A stretch of DNA of 64,000 nt from an uncultured Desulfosarcina sp. (GCA_963674945.2 CAXXWQ010000004.1:736001-800000), one strand, 5' to 3'. Shown: positions 40,671 to 51,074, counted from the stretch's first letter. Translations and numbers: made by a program. The notes: a model not told the origin generated them from the letters alone.

Positions 40671-41954
40671 CTACAAGATGGAAAAAACCGCCTGAGCCGC
40701 CGAGAGTGTTTGATCGATGGCTTCACCATCGTGGGCGGCGGAAACGAAAAACGCCTCGAATTGAGACGGGGCAAGATAGACCCCGTTTTCGAGCATCCCC
40801 TTATAGTAGCGTGAGAACCGATCGAGATCGCTCGACTTGGCATCATCGAAGTTTTTAACGGGTCGTTCGGTAAAAAACATGCCCAGCATCCCTCCCACTC
40901 TCGCACAGGAAACGGGAACGCCGGCCTTTTCGGCCGATACGGCCAATCCTGAAATCAGTTTTTCCGCCTTTTCATTCAGATCTTCATAGAATCCGGGGCG
41001 TTTCAACTCTTTCAACGTGGCGATACCGGCGGCCATGGCCAGAGGATTCCCCGATAGGGTTCCGGCCTGATAAACAGGTCCTTTGGGCGCAATGTGTTCC
41101 ATAATTTGTCTCCGACCGCCATAGGCCCCAACAGGCAGGCCGCCGCCGATAACCTTTCCGAAACAGGTAAGGTCGGGAGTAATCTGGTACAATACCTGCG
41201 CCCCCCCCAAAGCGACACGGAAACCGGTCATCACCTCATCGAAGACGAGAAGGGTTCCGGATTTGTCACAGGTTTCACGCAAGGATTGGAGAAACTGTTC
41301 ATCGGGCGGTACCAATCCCATATTGCCGGCCACGGGCTCGACGATAATACAGGCCACTTTATCGCCCTCTTTTTCCATGACGTTTCGAACCGTATCCGCG
41401 TCATTATAAGGAAGGGAAAGGGTGTGTTCAACGAAGGCGGCAGGTACACCCGGACTACCGGGAATCTGAAGCGTCGCGACGCCTGACCCCGCCTCCACCA
41501 GCAGGGCGTCGGCATGTCCGTGGTAACATCCATCGAACTTGATGATTTTGTCCCTGCCAGTATACCCCCGTGCCAACCGGATAGCACTCATGGTGGCCTC
41601 CGTCCCCGAATTGACCATTCGCACCATTTCCACCGACGGAACAATCTCGACGATCATGCAGGCCAGTTCCACCTCCAGCTCGGTGGGTGCACCAAAACTG
41701 GTCCCTTGGTCCAGCACGTTTGACAATGCCGAAACGACCGAAGGATGCCGATGCCCCAGTATCATCGGCCCCCATGACCCGATATAATCGATAAAAGGAT
41801 TTCCGTCTGCATCAAACAACCGGCACCCATCTGCACGATGGATGAATAAAGGGTCGCTGCCTACAGATTTGCAGGCTCTCACCGGACTGTTCACGCCGCC
41901 GGGGATCACTTCCTGCGCCCGCCGGAATAGTTCGATGGATTTCTCCTTTTGCAT
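40671..41954 (-). CDS. hemL: Glutamate-1-semialdehyde 2,1-aminomutase
   Basis: [41 protein letters not shown] and [10 protein letters not shown]. Confidence 0.97.
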   Translation of the reverse strand: MQKEKSIELFRRAQEVIPGGVNSPVRACKSVGSDPLFIHRADGCRLFDADGNPFIDYIGSWGPMILGHRHPSVVSALSNVLDQGTSFGAPTELEVELACMIVEIVPSVEMVRMVNSGTEATMSAIRLARGYTGRDKIIKFDGCYHGHADALLVEAGSGVATLQIPGSPGVPAAFVEHTLSLPYNDADTVRNVMEKEGDKVACIIVEPVAGNMGLVPPDEQFLQSLRETCDKSGTLLVFDEVMTGFRVALGGAQVLYQITPDLTCFGKVIGGGLPVGAYGGRRQIMEHIAPKGPVYQAGTLSGNPLAMAAGIATLKELKRPGFYEDLNEKAEKLISGLAVSAEKAGVPVSCARVGGMLGMFFTERPVKNFDDAKSSDLDRFSRYYKGMLENGVYLAPSQFEAFFVSAAHDGEAIDQTLSAAQAVFSIL

Positions 41955-42048
41955 CGGTCCATTTCCTTTCTTGTTGAAATCTGTTAACTTTTTTATGGAT
42001 CGCGTCGAAAACTATCAGAGCGGTTTGAAGTGGTCAAGATGGACGAAG

Positions 42049-42789
42049 ATGAAACACAGCAAATCACAGCAAAAACTTTCGAAGTTACTCGCCTATGTCC
42101 TCGGGTACCGGCCCGATGAATTCGGTTTGATTCCCGATGCAAACGGGTACGTGAAGATCAAGGAATTGCTGAAGGCACTGGGCGAAGAGGAGGGGTGGCG
42201 GCACATCCGTATGAATCATGTGCGTGAGGTATGCCATGCGCTCGCCTCCCCGTCCATCGAAATAGAGGGCAATCATATACGGGCAAAGGATCGATCCAGG
42301 CTTCCTCAACCTCAAAAGCCTGATTCTCTTCCAAAACTGCTGTACCACGCCATTCGCCAACGTGCCCACCCGGTAGTTTTGGAAAAGGGCGTACGCCCCT
42401 TCCCCCCGGTCAGCCAAATCGTCCTGACAACCGACGAGGATTTTGCCAAAAGGCTCGGAAAACGAATCGATCCGGCACCGGTGATCCTGACCGTCAACAC
42501 GCATCAAGCCCAGGAAAAGGGCGTCACCCTCGAAGAATATGGAAGCCGATTGTTTCTGGCAGACGGCCTTCCCGTGGGTTGTTTTGCCTGTCCTCCGCTT
42601 CCCAAAAGAGAGCCGGAGCCGAAAAAAACGGAGCCGATCCCTCAAGTCGCAAAAACACCGGGAAGCTTCTTTCTGGACCTGACCGAAGATCCGGACGCCA
42701 AACGCCGAGACACGAAGAAGACGAAAAAATGGAAGAACGAATGGAAGCGAGAACGAAAACGTCGCAACAGAAGCAAAGGTTTTCCATGA
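42049..42789 (+). CDS. KptA/Tpt1 (RNA 2'-phosphotransferase)-like protein, divergent
   Basis: LSKLLAYVLGYRPDEFGL..DANGYV, IRA and LYH segments, with a basic C-terminal tail. Confidence 0.75.
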   Translation: MKHSKSQQKLSKLLAYVLGYRPDEFGLIPDANGYVKIKELLKALGEEEGWRHIRMNHVREVCHALASPSIEIEGNHIRAKDRSRLPQPQKPDSLPKLLYHAIRQRAHPVVLEKGVRPFPPVSQIVLTTDEDFAKRLGKRIDPAPVILTVNTHQAQEKGVTLEEYGSRLFLADGLPVGCFACPPLPKREPEPKKTEPIPQVAKTPGSFFLDLTEDPDAKRRDTKKTKKWKNEWKRERKRRNRSKGFP

Positions 42790-42888
42790 TATGGCAGATG
42801 GCATACCGATTTTCAACGCAAACAAAAAACGAATTGACAAGGCCTTTTTCGCCTGTTATTAGTCCCTTTTGTTTTTTACGACAACAAA

Positions 42889-42965
42889 GGGCCGTTAGCT
42901 CAACTAGGCAGAGCACCTGACTCTTAATCAGTAGGTTGAAGGTTCGATTCCTTCACGGCCCACCA
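42889..42965 (+). tRNA. tRNA-Lys (anticodon CTT)
   Basis: Cloverleaf with GGGCCGT/ACGGCCC acceptor stem, GGTTCGATTCC T-arm and encoded CCA. TTGACA lies upstream at 42834. Confidence 0.96.
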
Positions 42966-42974
42966 GAAAATACT

Positions 42975-43011
42975 AAGCGAAATCGGTTACTTATACCGAT
43001 TTCGCTTTTTT
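42975..43011 (+). terminator. Terminator hairpin after the tRNA
   Basis: AAGCGAAATCGGT / ACCGATTTCGCTT stem followed by a T-run. Confidence 0.75.
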
Positions 43012-43267
43012 GTTTTTAGGGGGTTTTTATCTAAAAAATGACAAGGAAATGACAAGGTCGGTGGGCATATGATCGAAAAGATAAAATCAAAGCCGAATGT
43101 CCGCGCCAATACGTGACATACAAGCCATTGCGAGGGTTTTCCTGAAGAGGGTTGGCCCAAACCAAAAAGTTTCAGTGGTTAGGTGCAAGATGCGCCTTCC
43201 ATCGACAAAATATACGCAGATAAAACCATCATGATTTTGCTCAACCGTTAGTACCCATACGGAGGGC

Positions 43268-44695
43268 ATGTCCATGAACGAAACCCCCACCAAAATCAAT
43301 CCCGTTTGCCAGCAAATGTTGAACTGTCGGTTGACAGGCAACATCACGCCGATCAGCTGGTTTCGCAATATATTGACTGGATCGGGCAAGCCCGATGTTG
43401 TCGCGATCATCCTTTTATCGGATATCGTCTATTGGTACACGCCGATGATGACCCGGGACGAGCACACCGGTGATGTGATCGGTATTCAGCAAAAGTTCCA
43501 AGCCGACAAACTCCAAAAGACCTACCAGGAATATTCTGACATCTTCGGCTTTTCCAAAAACCAGATCAAAAACGCCATCGACAATCTTTGCAATCAAAAT
43601 CTGATCACCCGCGAGTTTCGCCACATCAAGACGGGAAGTGGTCTTGCCATCACCAACGTGATGTATATCGAGCCAATTATCGAAAATATCATCAATATTT
43701 CCAATAAATCCAGATCCCCCCAAAAAGTTAGGGGATATCCCCCTAAAAAGTTGGGGGATATCCCATCAAAAAGTTTGGGGGTATCCCCCCAAAAAGTTGG
43801 GGGACCTCCCCCTAAAAAGTATGGGGATATCCCCCCAAAAAATGGGGGGACGTATACAAAGACTACTACAGAGATTACTACAAAGAATACTACAGCAACT
43901 ACCGGCGAGGCGGCGGTCGCTTTTTGTAAAAATAATTTTCCAGATTCCATTCGATCCCGCATCCCCAAAATTTACCAAGACCACAAAGACGTACTGGCAA
44001 GCATTGACACGTATCTGCAATCCCACGGCAAGTCCTACGTCACCACCGAACTCGACTATGCCATTGAAAACTCGACCAAGAATGGCGGATTTCCTGGATT
44101 CTTTAAACGCTCGCTGGAAAATGGCTGGGGAACCGAGAACCTGAAAGTTCAGCAGGCAGATCAGGACGAACGACTATTACGGGAACGCCGGCAAAAAGAA
44201 AAAGAGCTTGAAGCGGCACGCACCGAGCAACAACGCCTTGCTGATATCAAAAAACAGGACCGGCAACTCGATCAGAGAGTTCAGGAAACGCTCGAGGGCC
44301 TTTCACCTCCGGAACTGGATCGCATCAAGTCCGAGGCCTGGACGCAAGCCGAACAAAAAATCCCCAGCCCCAGGGGGCACAAAAGCCAGCTGCTTACAGC
44401 CGCAAAAGAAAAACTGTCCACCCTTTCCGATTCCGAACGAGAAACCCTCTTTGAGGTTGCCAAGACATCCGTGCGTTCTTCCATCGGCAACCTGTTGGGA
44501 GAAAACCATCCCGGATTTCACCGTGCAGTCGAAAATCAGATGCTTGTGGAGATCCAGGAGAGGTACCCCCTTCATACGCCTCTATCCGACCTCCGGCAAA
44601 AACAGATTGAAGCCGAGGCTGATCGGATTTTACGGTTCATGGTCATTCGAAAATACGGTCTTTTAAATAACCAGGAAGCCAGGGATTCACCATGA
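43268..44695 (+). CDS. Phage-type replication initiator / replisome organizer-like protein
   Basis: N-terminal GNITPISWF...LLSDIVYWY.P...KFQADKLQ wHTH-like region, internal iterons and a TTEITT linker. Confidence 0.7.
   Translation: MSMNETPTKINPVCQQMLNCRLTGNITPISWFRNILTGSGKPDVVAIILLSDIVYWYTPMMTRDEHTGDVIGIQQKFQADKLQKTYQEYSDIFGFSKNQIKNAIDNLCNQNLITREFRHIKTGSGLAITNVMYIEPIIENIINISNKSRSPQKVRGYPPKKLGDIPSKSLGVSPQKVGGPPPKKYGDIPPKNGGTYTKTTTEITTKNTTATTGEAAVAFCKNNFPDSIRSRIPKIYQDHKDVLASIDTYLQSHGKSYVTTELDYAIENSTKNGGFPGFFKRSLENGWGTENLKVQQADQDERLLRERRQKEKELEAARTEQQRLADIKKQDRQLDQRVQETLEGLSPPELDRIKSEAWTQAEQKIPSPRGHKSQLLTAAKEKLSTLSDSERETLFEVAKTSVRSSIGNLLGENHPGFHRAVENQMLVEIQERYPLHTPLSDLRQKQIEAEADRILRFMVIRKYGLLNNQEARDSP
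43715..43852. repeat. Six tandem 23-bp iterons (consensus TCCCCCCAAAAAGTTGGGGGATA)
   Basis: Units start at 43715, 43738, 43761, 43784, 43807 and 43830. The period is not a multiple of 3. Confidence 0.92.
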
Positions 44696-44868
44696 AACAT
44701 ATCTTTTTTCCGATCGTGATTTTGGCAGCGCTACTCGGTTGCGGCAAACAGACAATCCCCGTCAAAGAGGATGTCTCTCTAAACATTGCCGAACCAAGGC
44801 AATTTCACGGCAGCGATATCGTCAATTGCAAAATAATCCATCAACAACATCGTCAAAAGGAGGATTGA
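44692..44868 (+). CDS. 58-aa lipoprotein, absent from the ORF track
   Basis: MKHIFFPIVILAALLGC lipobox. ATGA overlap with the rep stop; ends 3 bp before the pilin start. Confidence 0.65.
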   Translation: MKHIFFPIVILAALLGCGKQTIPVKEDVSLNIAEPRQFHGSDIVNCKIIHQQHRQKED

Positions 44869-44871
44869 GTC

Positions 44872-45207
44872 ATGCAAGCCGTCAAAAAAGTAAGTATCGC
44901 CCTGTTTTTTTTGACCGTCGGATTTTGCCCGGCTGCGGCATTCGCTTTCCAGGCGCCGGCCGCTGGAAGCTTTGCATACAGCGTCTATGACCTTTTCATG
45001 AACGAGATTCTAACGGGCGCCATCGGTTTTACCATCGCCGCCGGTTTGGTTCTCTACGCTATATTCTGGGCGGTCCGCAGCAACGTATTCGGCACCATCA
45101 CCTGCGCCATCTGTGCAGGTCTCATCATCTTCATCGAGGAGGTCGTTGTCTCCTTAGGAATAACCTTTTCGGATATCGAAAGCATCGTCTCGAAATCCTT
45201 GTTTTAG
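44872..45207 (+). CDS. Conjugative pilin (TraA-like)
   Basis: Leader peptide plus two hydrophobic helices, positioned immediately before traL and traE. Confidence 0.7.
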   Translation: MQAVKKVSIALFFLTVGFCPAAAFAFQAPAAGSFAYSVYDLFMNEILTGAIGFTIAAGLVLYAIFWAVRSNVFGTITCAICAGLIIFIEEVVVSLGITFSDIESIVSKSLF

Positions 45208-45231
45208 GCCATTCACCATGGAGGATCACGG

Positions 45232-45504
45232 ATGAGATACCAGATACCCCGCTACTTGAACGAACAGGTCCGGTTTGTCGGAATGCAAAGCGATGAGTTC
45301 ATCATATGCCTGCTCTCTGTCTATTTTTGCGCGATCTTTCGGTTTCAGTGGTTGGTCGTGCTGCTCAACCTGACGATGGTCGCTTCCTTCATCTGGCTCA
45401 ATCGCAATTTCCCCAGAGGGTTCATCCGGCATCTTGCCTATTTCAGCGGATTTTTCAGATTTTCCAAATATCCTGACTTTTTTGCCAACAGGTTTATCGA
45501 ATGA
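45232..45504 (+). CDS. traL: Pilus assembly protein TraL
   Basis: YQIPRYL...DE...RGF..HLAY pattern and gene order. Confidence 0.85.
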   Translation: MRYQIPRYLNEQVRFVGMQSDEFIICLLSVYFCAIFRFQWLVVLLNLTMVASFIWLNRNFPRGFIRHLAYFSGFFRFSKYPDFFANRFIE

Positions 45505-46061
45505 AACTATCCATCTACGGAGATAAATTGGCCAATGCCCTAGCCGAAAACAGGCTGCTCAAGTTCTGTTTATTGCTGACCCTGGGTATTACGATCGTCA
45601 ATTCAATCGTGTCCTACCATGCGATGAACAGCCAGAAGGTGGTGATCCTGCCACCGATGGTGGATCATAAAATCGAGATCCGGGGCAACGATGCAGACGA
45701 TGAATATCTCAAACTGATGGGTCGGTATTCGATCAAGCTGCTTTTGGATTATACCCCCAGCAATGCAGAGCAGAACTTTTCCGATTTTCTTAAACTGGCG
45801 TCTCCTGGCGTTTTCAGTTCCATGCGAAGCGACCTCAACAAAATCATCGAGGAGGTGATTCGTCTGAGGGTCAGTTCATCTTTCCAGATTCATTCGATCA
45901 AAAAGCTGGGGACCACGAACCGGATCGAACTGATCGGCCTTCGAAGCAAGTATGCCGATGACGTAAGCATCGAAAAGGCCATCGAAAACCACATCATCGA
46001 ATATGAAATCGATGACGGCACCTTCAGGATCACGGGAGTATCCCAAAAAAATGATACGTAA
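45501..46061 (+). CDS. traE: TraE
   Basis: N-terminal TM helix, VILPP, EYL, YTPSN and gene order. Confidence 0.85.
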   Translation: MKLSIYGDKLANALAENRLLKFCLLLTLGITIVNSIVSYHAMNSQKVVILPPMVDHKIEIRGNDADDEYLKLMGRYSIKLLLDYTPSNAEQNFSDFLKLASPGVFSSMRSDLNKIIEEVIRLRVSSSFQIHSIKKLGTTNRIELIGLRSKYADDVSIEKAIENHIIEYEIDDGTFRITGVSQKNDT

Positions 46062-46830
46062 ACAATTACCCCGATTTTTGTTCGTCGTTTTGGCAGTTTT
46101 CCTGTTTCCAACGCTCTGCCAGGCATCTGAACAAGCCGCACAAGAGTCGATCAAGTACCAGGTATCGGAACAGGCGCCCTCGGTGGAACTGGCGCCGAAA
46201 GCCATCAATCGTATCCACTGCAGCGAGCCCATCCAAAACATCAATGCGCCCCAGGCATTACAGATGGAGGTGGAATACCAGGGAAACAACGCCTTCGTTA
46301 CGCTGGGTGAGCATTCAAAACGGGGAGTCATCTACATCATTACGAAAGGTGGGGACGTTTTCTCGATGGAAATCATTCCCAAAAGGGGCCTTAAGGCCAG
46401 GGTCCTGAAACTGGATTCACGAAAGCAAAAAGCCATTGACAACCAACTCAAGTTTGCCGGGCTGGACAAAGAGACAGCGGCCGTTGATCTGATTCGAAAC
46501 GCCTTTGCCGACACTATTCCTGAGAACTTCAATGTGACTGTTAAGGATCAACAAATCGATGAAATCGAGCGGCTAAGAATCCGCTTTCGGCGCAGTGTAA
46601 CGATCGATGGCGTGCCCCTTCAACTGAACGAATACCTGGTAACGATGGCGCCTGCATCGAAAACGGAAGAGATAACGGTGGATGAAACCAGTTTTCTGGT
46701 CCCCGAACTTACCCGCAACCCAACGGCCATCTGTCTGGGACAGGATTTGGCGCATTTTATCGACGGCAAGGCGGTCTTGCGGTCCGGTAAATACATGCGT
46801 CTTTTTATCGTCGAACAATCATCTAACTGA
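46051..46830 (+). CDS. traK: TraK secretin-like protein
   Basis: Signal peptide, INRI motif, and position between traE and traB. Confidence 0.75.
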   Translation: MIRKQLPRFLFVVLAVFLFPTLCQASEQAAQESIKYQVSEQAPSVELAPKAINRIHCSEPIQNINAPQALQMEVEYQGNNAFVTLGEHSKRGVIYIITKGGDVFSMEIIPKRGLKARVLKLDSRKQKAIDNQLKFAGLDKETAAVDLIRNAFADTIPENFNVTVKDQQIDEIERLRIRFRRSVTIDGVPLQLNEYLVTMAPASKTEEITVDETSFLVPELTRNPTAICLGQDLAHFIDGKAVLRSGKYMRLFIVEQSSN

Positions 46831-46839
46831 TTGAAGCCC

Positions 46840-48114
46840 ATGAAAAAACTCAAAGAGCTGTTTCGAGACCTAAAAAGCAAAGACAAGAGCAGGATCGTAA
46901 AGACCGTCATCGGTTTGATTCTGGTCGTCGTTGTGGCAAGTGCCTACCAATTCACCAAGGATAAAGAAAGGCAGATCCCGACGCGCAGTGATGTCAAGAA
47001 AAACACCTTACAATTCGATGAGCGGACCTTCGAGAAGACGATCTATAACAAAACCCGTGCGGATGTCGAAGACCTGCGAAACGATTTGCTCCTTTTCAAA
47101 AAGGAAATGCGGGATATGCTCTCTAAAAAAATTCAAGAGGTCGACAAAAAACAGCGGTACGGAAACAAACAGGATGTGCCTAATCCCCTGCTGGATTCCG
47201 CTGCACACAAAAAGAACCTCGGTAGTGTTCCAACCAAAAACATCGCCTTTACGACACCTCCCCCATCTGTGATCGACAAAATACAGCGCAACCAGGTTCC
47301 CTCACCCAAGAAGAATCTTTATCAGGAAAGTCGGCCCCGGAGAAAACGATCCACCGGTAAAAAAACTGATCCGCCCATCAAGCAGATTTCGGTTTTTACC
47401 AATCCCCAGTCGAACGCCACCGACCCGCAAAATAACGAAGCCATCGAAGTCCATCTGCCACCTTCCTTCATGGAGGCCAATCTTCTCAATGGTGTCACCG
47501 CACCGGCTACGGATGTGGGAAGAAACAATCCCATCCCCATGCTGATCCGGGTGAACAACCTGGCAGTGCTGCCCAACAACGTAAAGAGCAATACCAAGGG
47601 TTGTTTCGTTGTGGCCGAGGGGTATGGAAGCCTTGCCGATGAAAGGGTGCACGCCCGCTTGTTGTCGCTATCCTGCATCAACCAAAAAGGAGGAACGGTG
47701 ATCGATCAGGCCATCAAAGGGTTTGTCGTCGATACCGACGGCAAGGAGGGCATGAAAGGCCATGTGTACGCAAAATTCGGGCAGCAGATCGCCCGGGTGG
47801 CGATCGCCGGATTTCTGGAAGGCTTGGGAGACGCAATGACCCTGGGACAGCAAGAATTCACCTATGGGGTCAATACAGGCGTTCGAACCGGTCAATTCAA
47901 GGATACCGATCCGGACACCCTGGCCAAGGCCGGCATCGGCCAGGGTATCGTCAACGTGGCCGAAGATCTTCGAAGATTCTATCTGGATCTGGCCGAACAG
48001 AGTCTGCCGGTCATCGAGGTCCACCCCACGAAAAACATCACCATCGTGATCAGTGAGGGTGTGGATATCTCCATAAAGAAACAAGAAACCTCAAAAGTGG
48101 AGCTGGAAGGATAA
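46840..48114 (+). CDS. traB: TraB (VirB10-like)
   Basis: TM, coiled-coil and Pro-rich regions, then LPNN..GCF..G.LADER..LSC..DGKEG.KG and PVIEV. Confidence 0.9.
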   Translation: MKKLKELFRDLKSKDKSRIVKTVIGLILVVVVASAYQFTKDKERQIPTRSDVKKNTLQFDERTFEKTIYNKTRADVEDLRNDLLLFKKEMRDMLSKKIQEVDKKQRYGNKQDVPNPLLDSAAHKKNLGSVPTKNIAFTTPPPSVIDKIQRNQVPSPKKNLYQESRPRRKRSTGKKTDPPIKQISVFTNPQSNATDPQNNEAIEVHLPPSFMEANLLNGVTAPATDVGRNNPIPMLIRVNNLAVLPNNVKSNTKGCFVVAEGYGSLADERVHARLLSLSCINQKGGTVIDQAIKGFVVDTDGKEGMKGHVYAKFGQQIARVAIAGFLEGLGDAMTLGQQEFTYGVNTGVRTGQFKDTDPDTLAKAGIGQGIVNVAEDLRRFYLDLAEQSLPVIEVHPTKNITIVISEGVDISIKKQETSKVELEG

Positions 48115-48115
48115 A

Positions 48116-48574
48116 ATGAAAACGATATGGTTGTTTTTCCTCCTGTCCGTCGTGGTTTTGCTTACCGGCTGCGAAACCATGAACCCCTATGATGAATCCA
48201 GCGATTGCCCGGACCCGTTCAACGGCGATTGCGTTTCCATGGATACAGCCTACCGGCGATCCAAAGCGAATCCGAAAAACATGGAATCCATGAACATCGA
48301 TCCGAATCATGATTCACCTTTAATAAAGGATCGCCCCCAATCGAGCGATACCGGTGAGATTTTTAAACCACGCCAGGATCGCGTTTACAAAGAAGAGCTA
48401 TATCAGGAAATCGCCGGCCTGGTGAAAAGCCCCATCACGCCGGTCCGGATTCCTGCTAAACAAATGCGGGTTCTTATTTTGGGATACGACCGGGAAGATC
48501 GCTTCTACGGCCATCGCTACATCTTTTTCGAAAGCGATAAACCCCGCTGGATTTTGGATATCATCGAAGAGTAA
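48116..48574 (+). CDS. traV: TraV lipoprotein
   Basis: Lipobox LTGC, a C...G.C pair, and P.R.P..MRV.I motif. Confidence 0.85.
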   Translation: MKTIWLFFLLSVVVLLTGCETMNPYDESSDCPDPFNGDCVSMDTAYRRSKANPKNMESMNIDPNHDSPLIKDRPQSSDTGEIFKPRQDRVYKEELYQEIAGLVKSPITPVRIPAKQMRVLILGYDREDRFYGHRYIFFESDKPRWILDIIEE

Positions 48575-48578
48575 GGCT

Positions 48579-51074
48579 ATGCTGATACTGGATAAAATAT
48601 TGGGTGTGGACGATGCTTTCAACGCCCAGCGATTTGTAGGTTTGGCCAATCGGGACAAACTATCTTCCTACCTACCCTACCAGGCATGGGACAGAGGCAG
48701 CAAAGTCTACCACAGTGCCGACGACACCTTTGGCTATGTGTGGGAATGCACGCCGTTGGTGTATGCTGCCGAAAAGGTATTCGAAAACCTGAAAGGATGC
48801 ATCCACAGCGGGATACCGTTCGGCAGCGTTCTCCAATTCATGATGTACGCCGATCCGGATTGCACCGGCCTTTTCGACCATTACCAAGCGTTGAAGACAC
48901 GCCATAATCCTTTTCTGGACACTCTCACCGATAACATGATTCAGCATCTCTGTGGAGCCGAGTTTGGTTTGAAAAGCACAAACAATATTCCTGTGAGAAA
49001 TTTCCGGTTGTTGGTGAGCCTCAAGTTTCCACCGGGACAACCGCTTAGCGATCGCCTCGAATTCGCGGCCCTTTCGGTGGCCGAAGCGCTCAAGGGCGCC
49101 GGCTTGCATCCCAATCCCATCGACCCCAATGGTTTGATCAGATTTTTATCCAAGATTCTCAACGCCGGTTCCAACACACCGATTTCCCCTTATGATCCGG
49201 AGAGGCAAATCCGCAAACAGATTATCCGCGCGGGTATGATCGATACCAAATTCAGCCATGTTAAGATCAACGGCGCGTGTGCCAAAAAGTTTCTGAAGGC
49301 CCAAACCGTGAAGGGATGGCCCATCGGCGAGATCGAGCCGCTCACCATGAACCATATCATGGGCGGCATCATGGGCGCCAATGACGACAACAATCAGATT
49401 ACCTGCCCGTTCTGGGTTACCGTAAACATCGTGTTCGAGGGACTTTCCAAAAGGATTCGTTCCAAAACCGAGTTGATGATCCGCCAGGAGAAAAGAGGAG
49501 TCCGCGGCCAAAAAGAAAACGAAAGGGAGGCCGAGTATCGCTGGGCTGCCAAGGAGTTGATCAGCGGCAACCTGTTTGTACGGGTCATCCCCATCATCTG
49601 GAACATCGGCCGCTCCGCAGAAGAGGTCGATACCAACTGCGCGCAGATCAGTCGGATATGGCACTCCCAGGGAGGCGGGTTCACGCTCCAGGAGGATATG
49701 GGTATCCTTACGCCGCTGTTAATCGCATCGTTGCCCCTGGGCCTTTACAACATCGGCACCAACATCGATTTCATGGAGCGGGACAAAATCATGCCGGCAG
49801 AGACCGCCCTGCGACTATTGCCTGTACAAGGCGATTTCACCGGTTCCGGACAGCCCACGGCCCTTTTTCTGGGACGAAAAGGACAAGTCGTCTCCTATGG
49901 AATGTTCAACGAAGGGTCGACCAACAACAACGCGGTCGTCACTGCAACGACCGGTGCTGGCAAATCCTACCTGATGAACTATCTTCTCAAGGAGATTTAC
50001 TCCAATGGCGGATTGATCCGGATCTTCGACTTGGGCAGGAGCTACGAAAAGCTGACCAAGATATTGGGGGGCAACTTCATCGAGTTCAACGAAAACTCCA
50101 GTGTATCGTTAAATCCATTCACTCACATTCGAAATATCGACGAATCCATCGACTCCATATCGGCAATCCTCTATCAGATGTGCTACTCGGCAACGGGCCA
50201 GATGCCCACGGAAACCAAAATGACCATCTTAAAAAACACGGCGCGGATGGCCTGGGAGCTTGAAGGAAATGATGCCGGCATCGATACGATTTACAGGTTC
50301 CTGAACCGCTTCACTGAGGTATCCAAGCGCATGGAGGCTGACATCGATCTGTCCAAGATCAAGGATATCGACTCCATTGCCGCAGAACTGGGATTCAATC
50401 TGAAGGATTTCACCACGAAGGGTCCCTATGGAAAGTGGTTTGCCGGACCGGCTACCCTGGACATCCGCAGCGATGAGTTCGTGGTCCTGGAGGTGGATTC
50501 ACTTAAGGACATGGATTCTTTGTTTCGTGTGGTTTGCATGCAGATCATCCATTACATCACCCAGAATCTCTATCTTTCCGATCGACAAAGACCGCGAGTG
50601 ATCGTCTTCGAAGAGACGGCCCAATGGGTCAGCAAGGATAGCTTCATCGCCATGGTCATCGAGGCCGGATATCGCCTGGCACGCAAATATTTCGGATCGT
50701 TCATCACGGTCCTACAATCGCCTTTGGACATCATCAATTTCGGTAAGGTTGGCCGGGTGATCAACTCCAACTCGGCTTACAAGTTCTACCTGGAGTCAAG
50801 GGACTATCCCCAGGCCATCCAAGAGAAGATCATCGAATATGACGAATTCATGGGAGCAATCTTAAGCTCGGTACGTCTTGTGAAGCCCAAGTATTCCGAA
50901 TTCTTGATGGAGACGCCCAATGGAACTGGTGTAACCCGGCTCTCCCTTGATCCGGTAGCCTACTATGCCTTTACTTCCGATCCACAGGACAACGCCCGTA
51001 TCAATGCCCTTTTAAAGGAGGGATATTTATATCATGAAGCGATTCAAAAGCTCGCCGATCAAAGGAGTTTTTAG
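48579..51074 (+). CDS. traC: TraC (VirB4-like) ATPase
   Basis: Walker A ATTGAGKS, DLGRSY, FEETAQW and RLARKY. Confidence 0.93.
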   Translation: MLILDKILGVDDAFNAQRFVGLANRDKLSSYLPYQAWDRGSKVYHSADDTFGYVWECTPLVYAAEKVFENLKGCIHSGIPFGSVLQFMMYADPDCTGLFDHYQALKTRHNPFLDTLTDNMIQHLCGAEFGLKSTNNIPVRNFRLLVSLKFPPGQPLSDRLEFAALSVAEALKGAGLHPNPIDPNGLIRFLSKILNAGSNTPISPYDPERQIRKQIIRAGMIDTKFSHVKINGACAKKFLKAQTVKGWPIGEIEPLTMNHIMGGIMGANDDNNQITCPFWVTVNIVFEGLSKRIRSKTELMIRQEKRGVRGQKENEREAEYRWAAKELISGNLFVRVIPIIWNIGRSAEEVDTNCAQISRIWHSQGGGFTLQEDMGILTPLLIASLPLGLYNIGTNIDFMERDKIMPAETALRLLPVQGDFTGSGQPTALFLGRKGQVVSYGMFNEGSTNNNAVVTATTGAGKSYLMNYLLKEIYSNGGLIRIFDLGRSYEKLTKILGGNFIEFNENSSVSLNPFTHIRNIDESIDSISAILYQMCYSATGQMPTETKMTILKNTARMAWELEGNDAGIDTIYRFLNRFTEVSKRMEADIDLSKIKDIDSIAAELGFNLKDFTTKGPYGKWFAGPATLDIRSDEFVVLEVDSLKDMDSLFRVVCMQIIHYITQNLYLSDRQRPRVIVFEETAQWVSKDSFIAMVIEAGYRLARKYFGSFITVLQSPLDIINFGKVGRVINSNSAYKFYLESRDYPQAIQEKIIEYDEFMGAILSSVRLVKPKYSEFLMETPNGTGVTRLSLDPVAYYAFTSDPQDNARINALLKEGYLYHEAIQKLADQRSF

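Noticed and set aside
41842..42048. N-terminal extension of the KptA-like ORF
   Set aside because: It overlaps hemL on the opposite strand, and family similarity begins near ATG 42049.
43715..43852. CRISPR array
   Set aside because: The repeats are directly tandem with no spacers, lie inside a CDS, and no cas genes are present.
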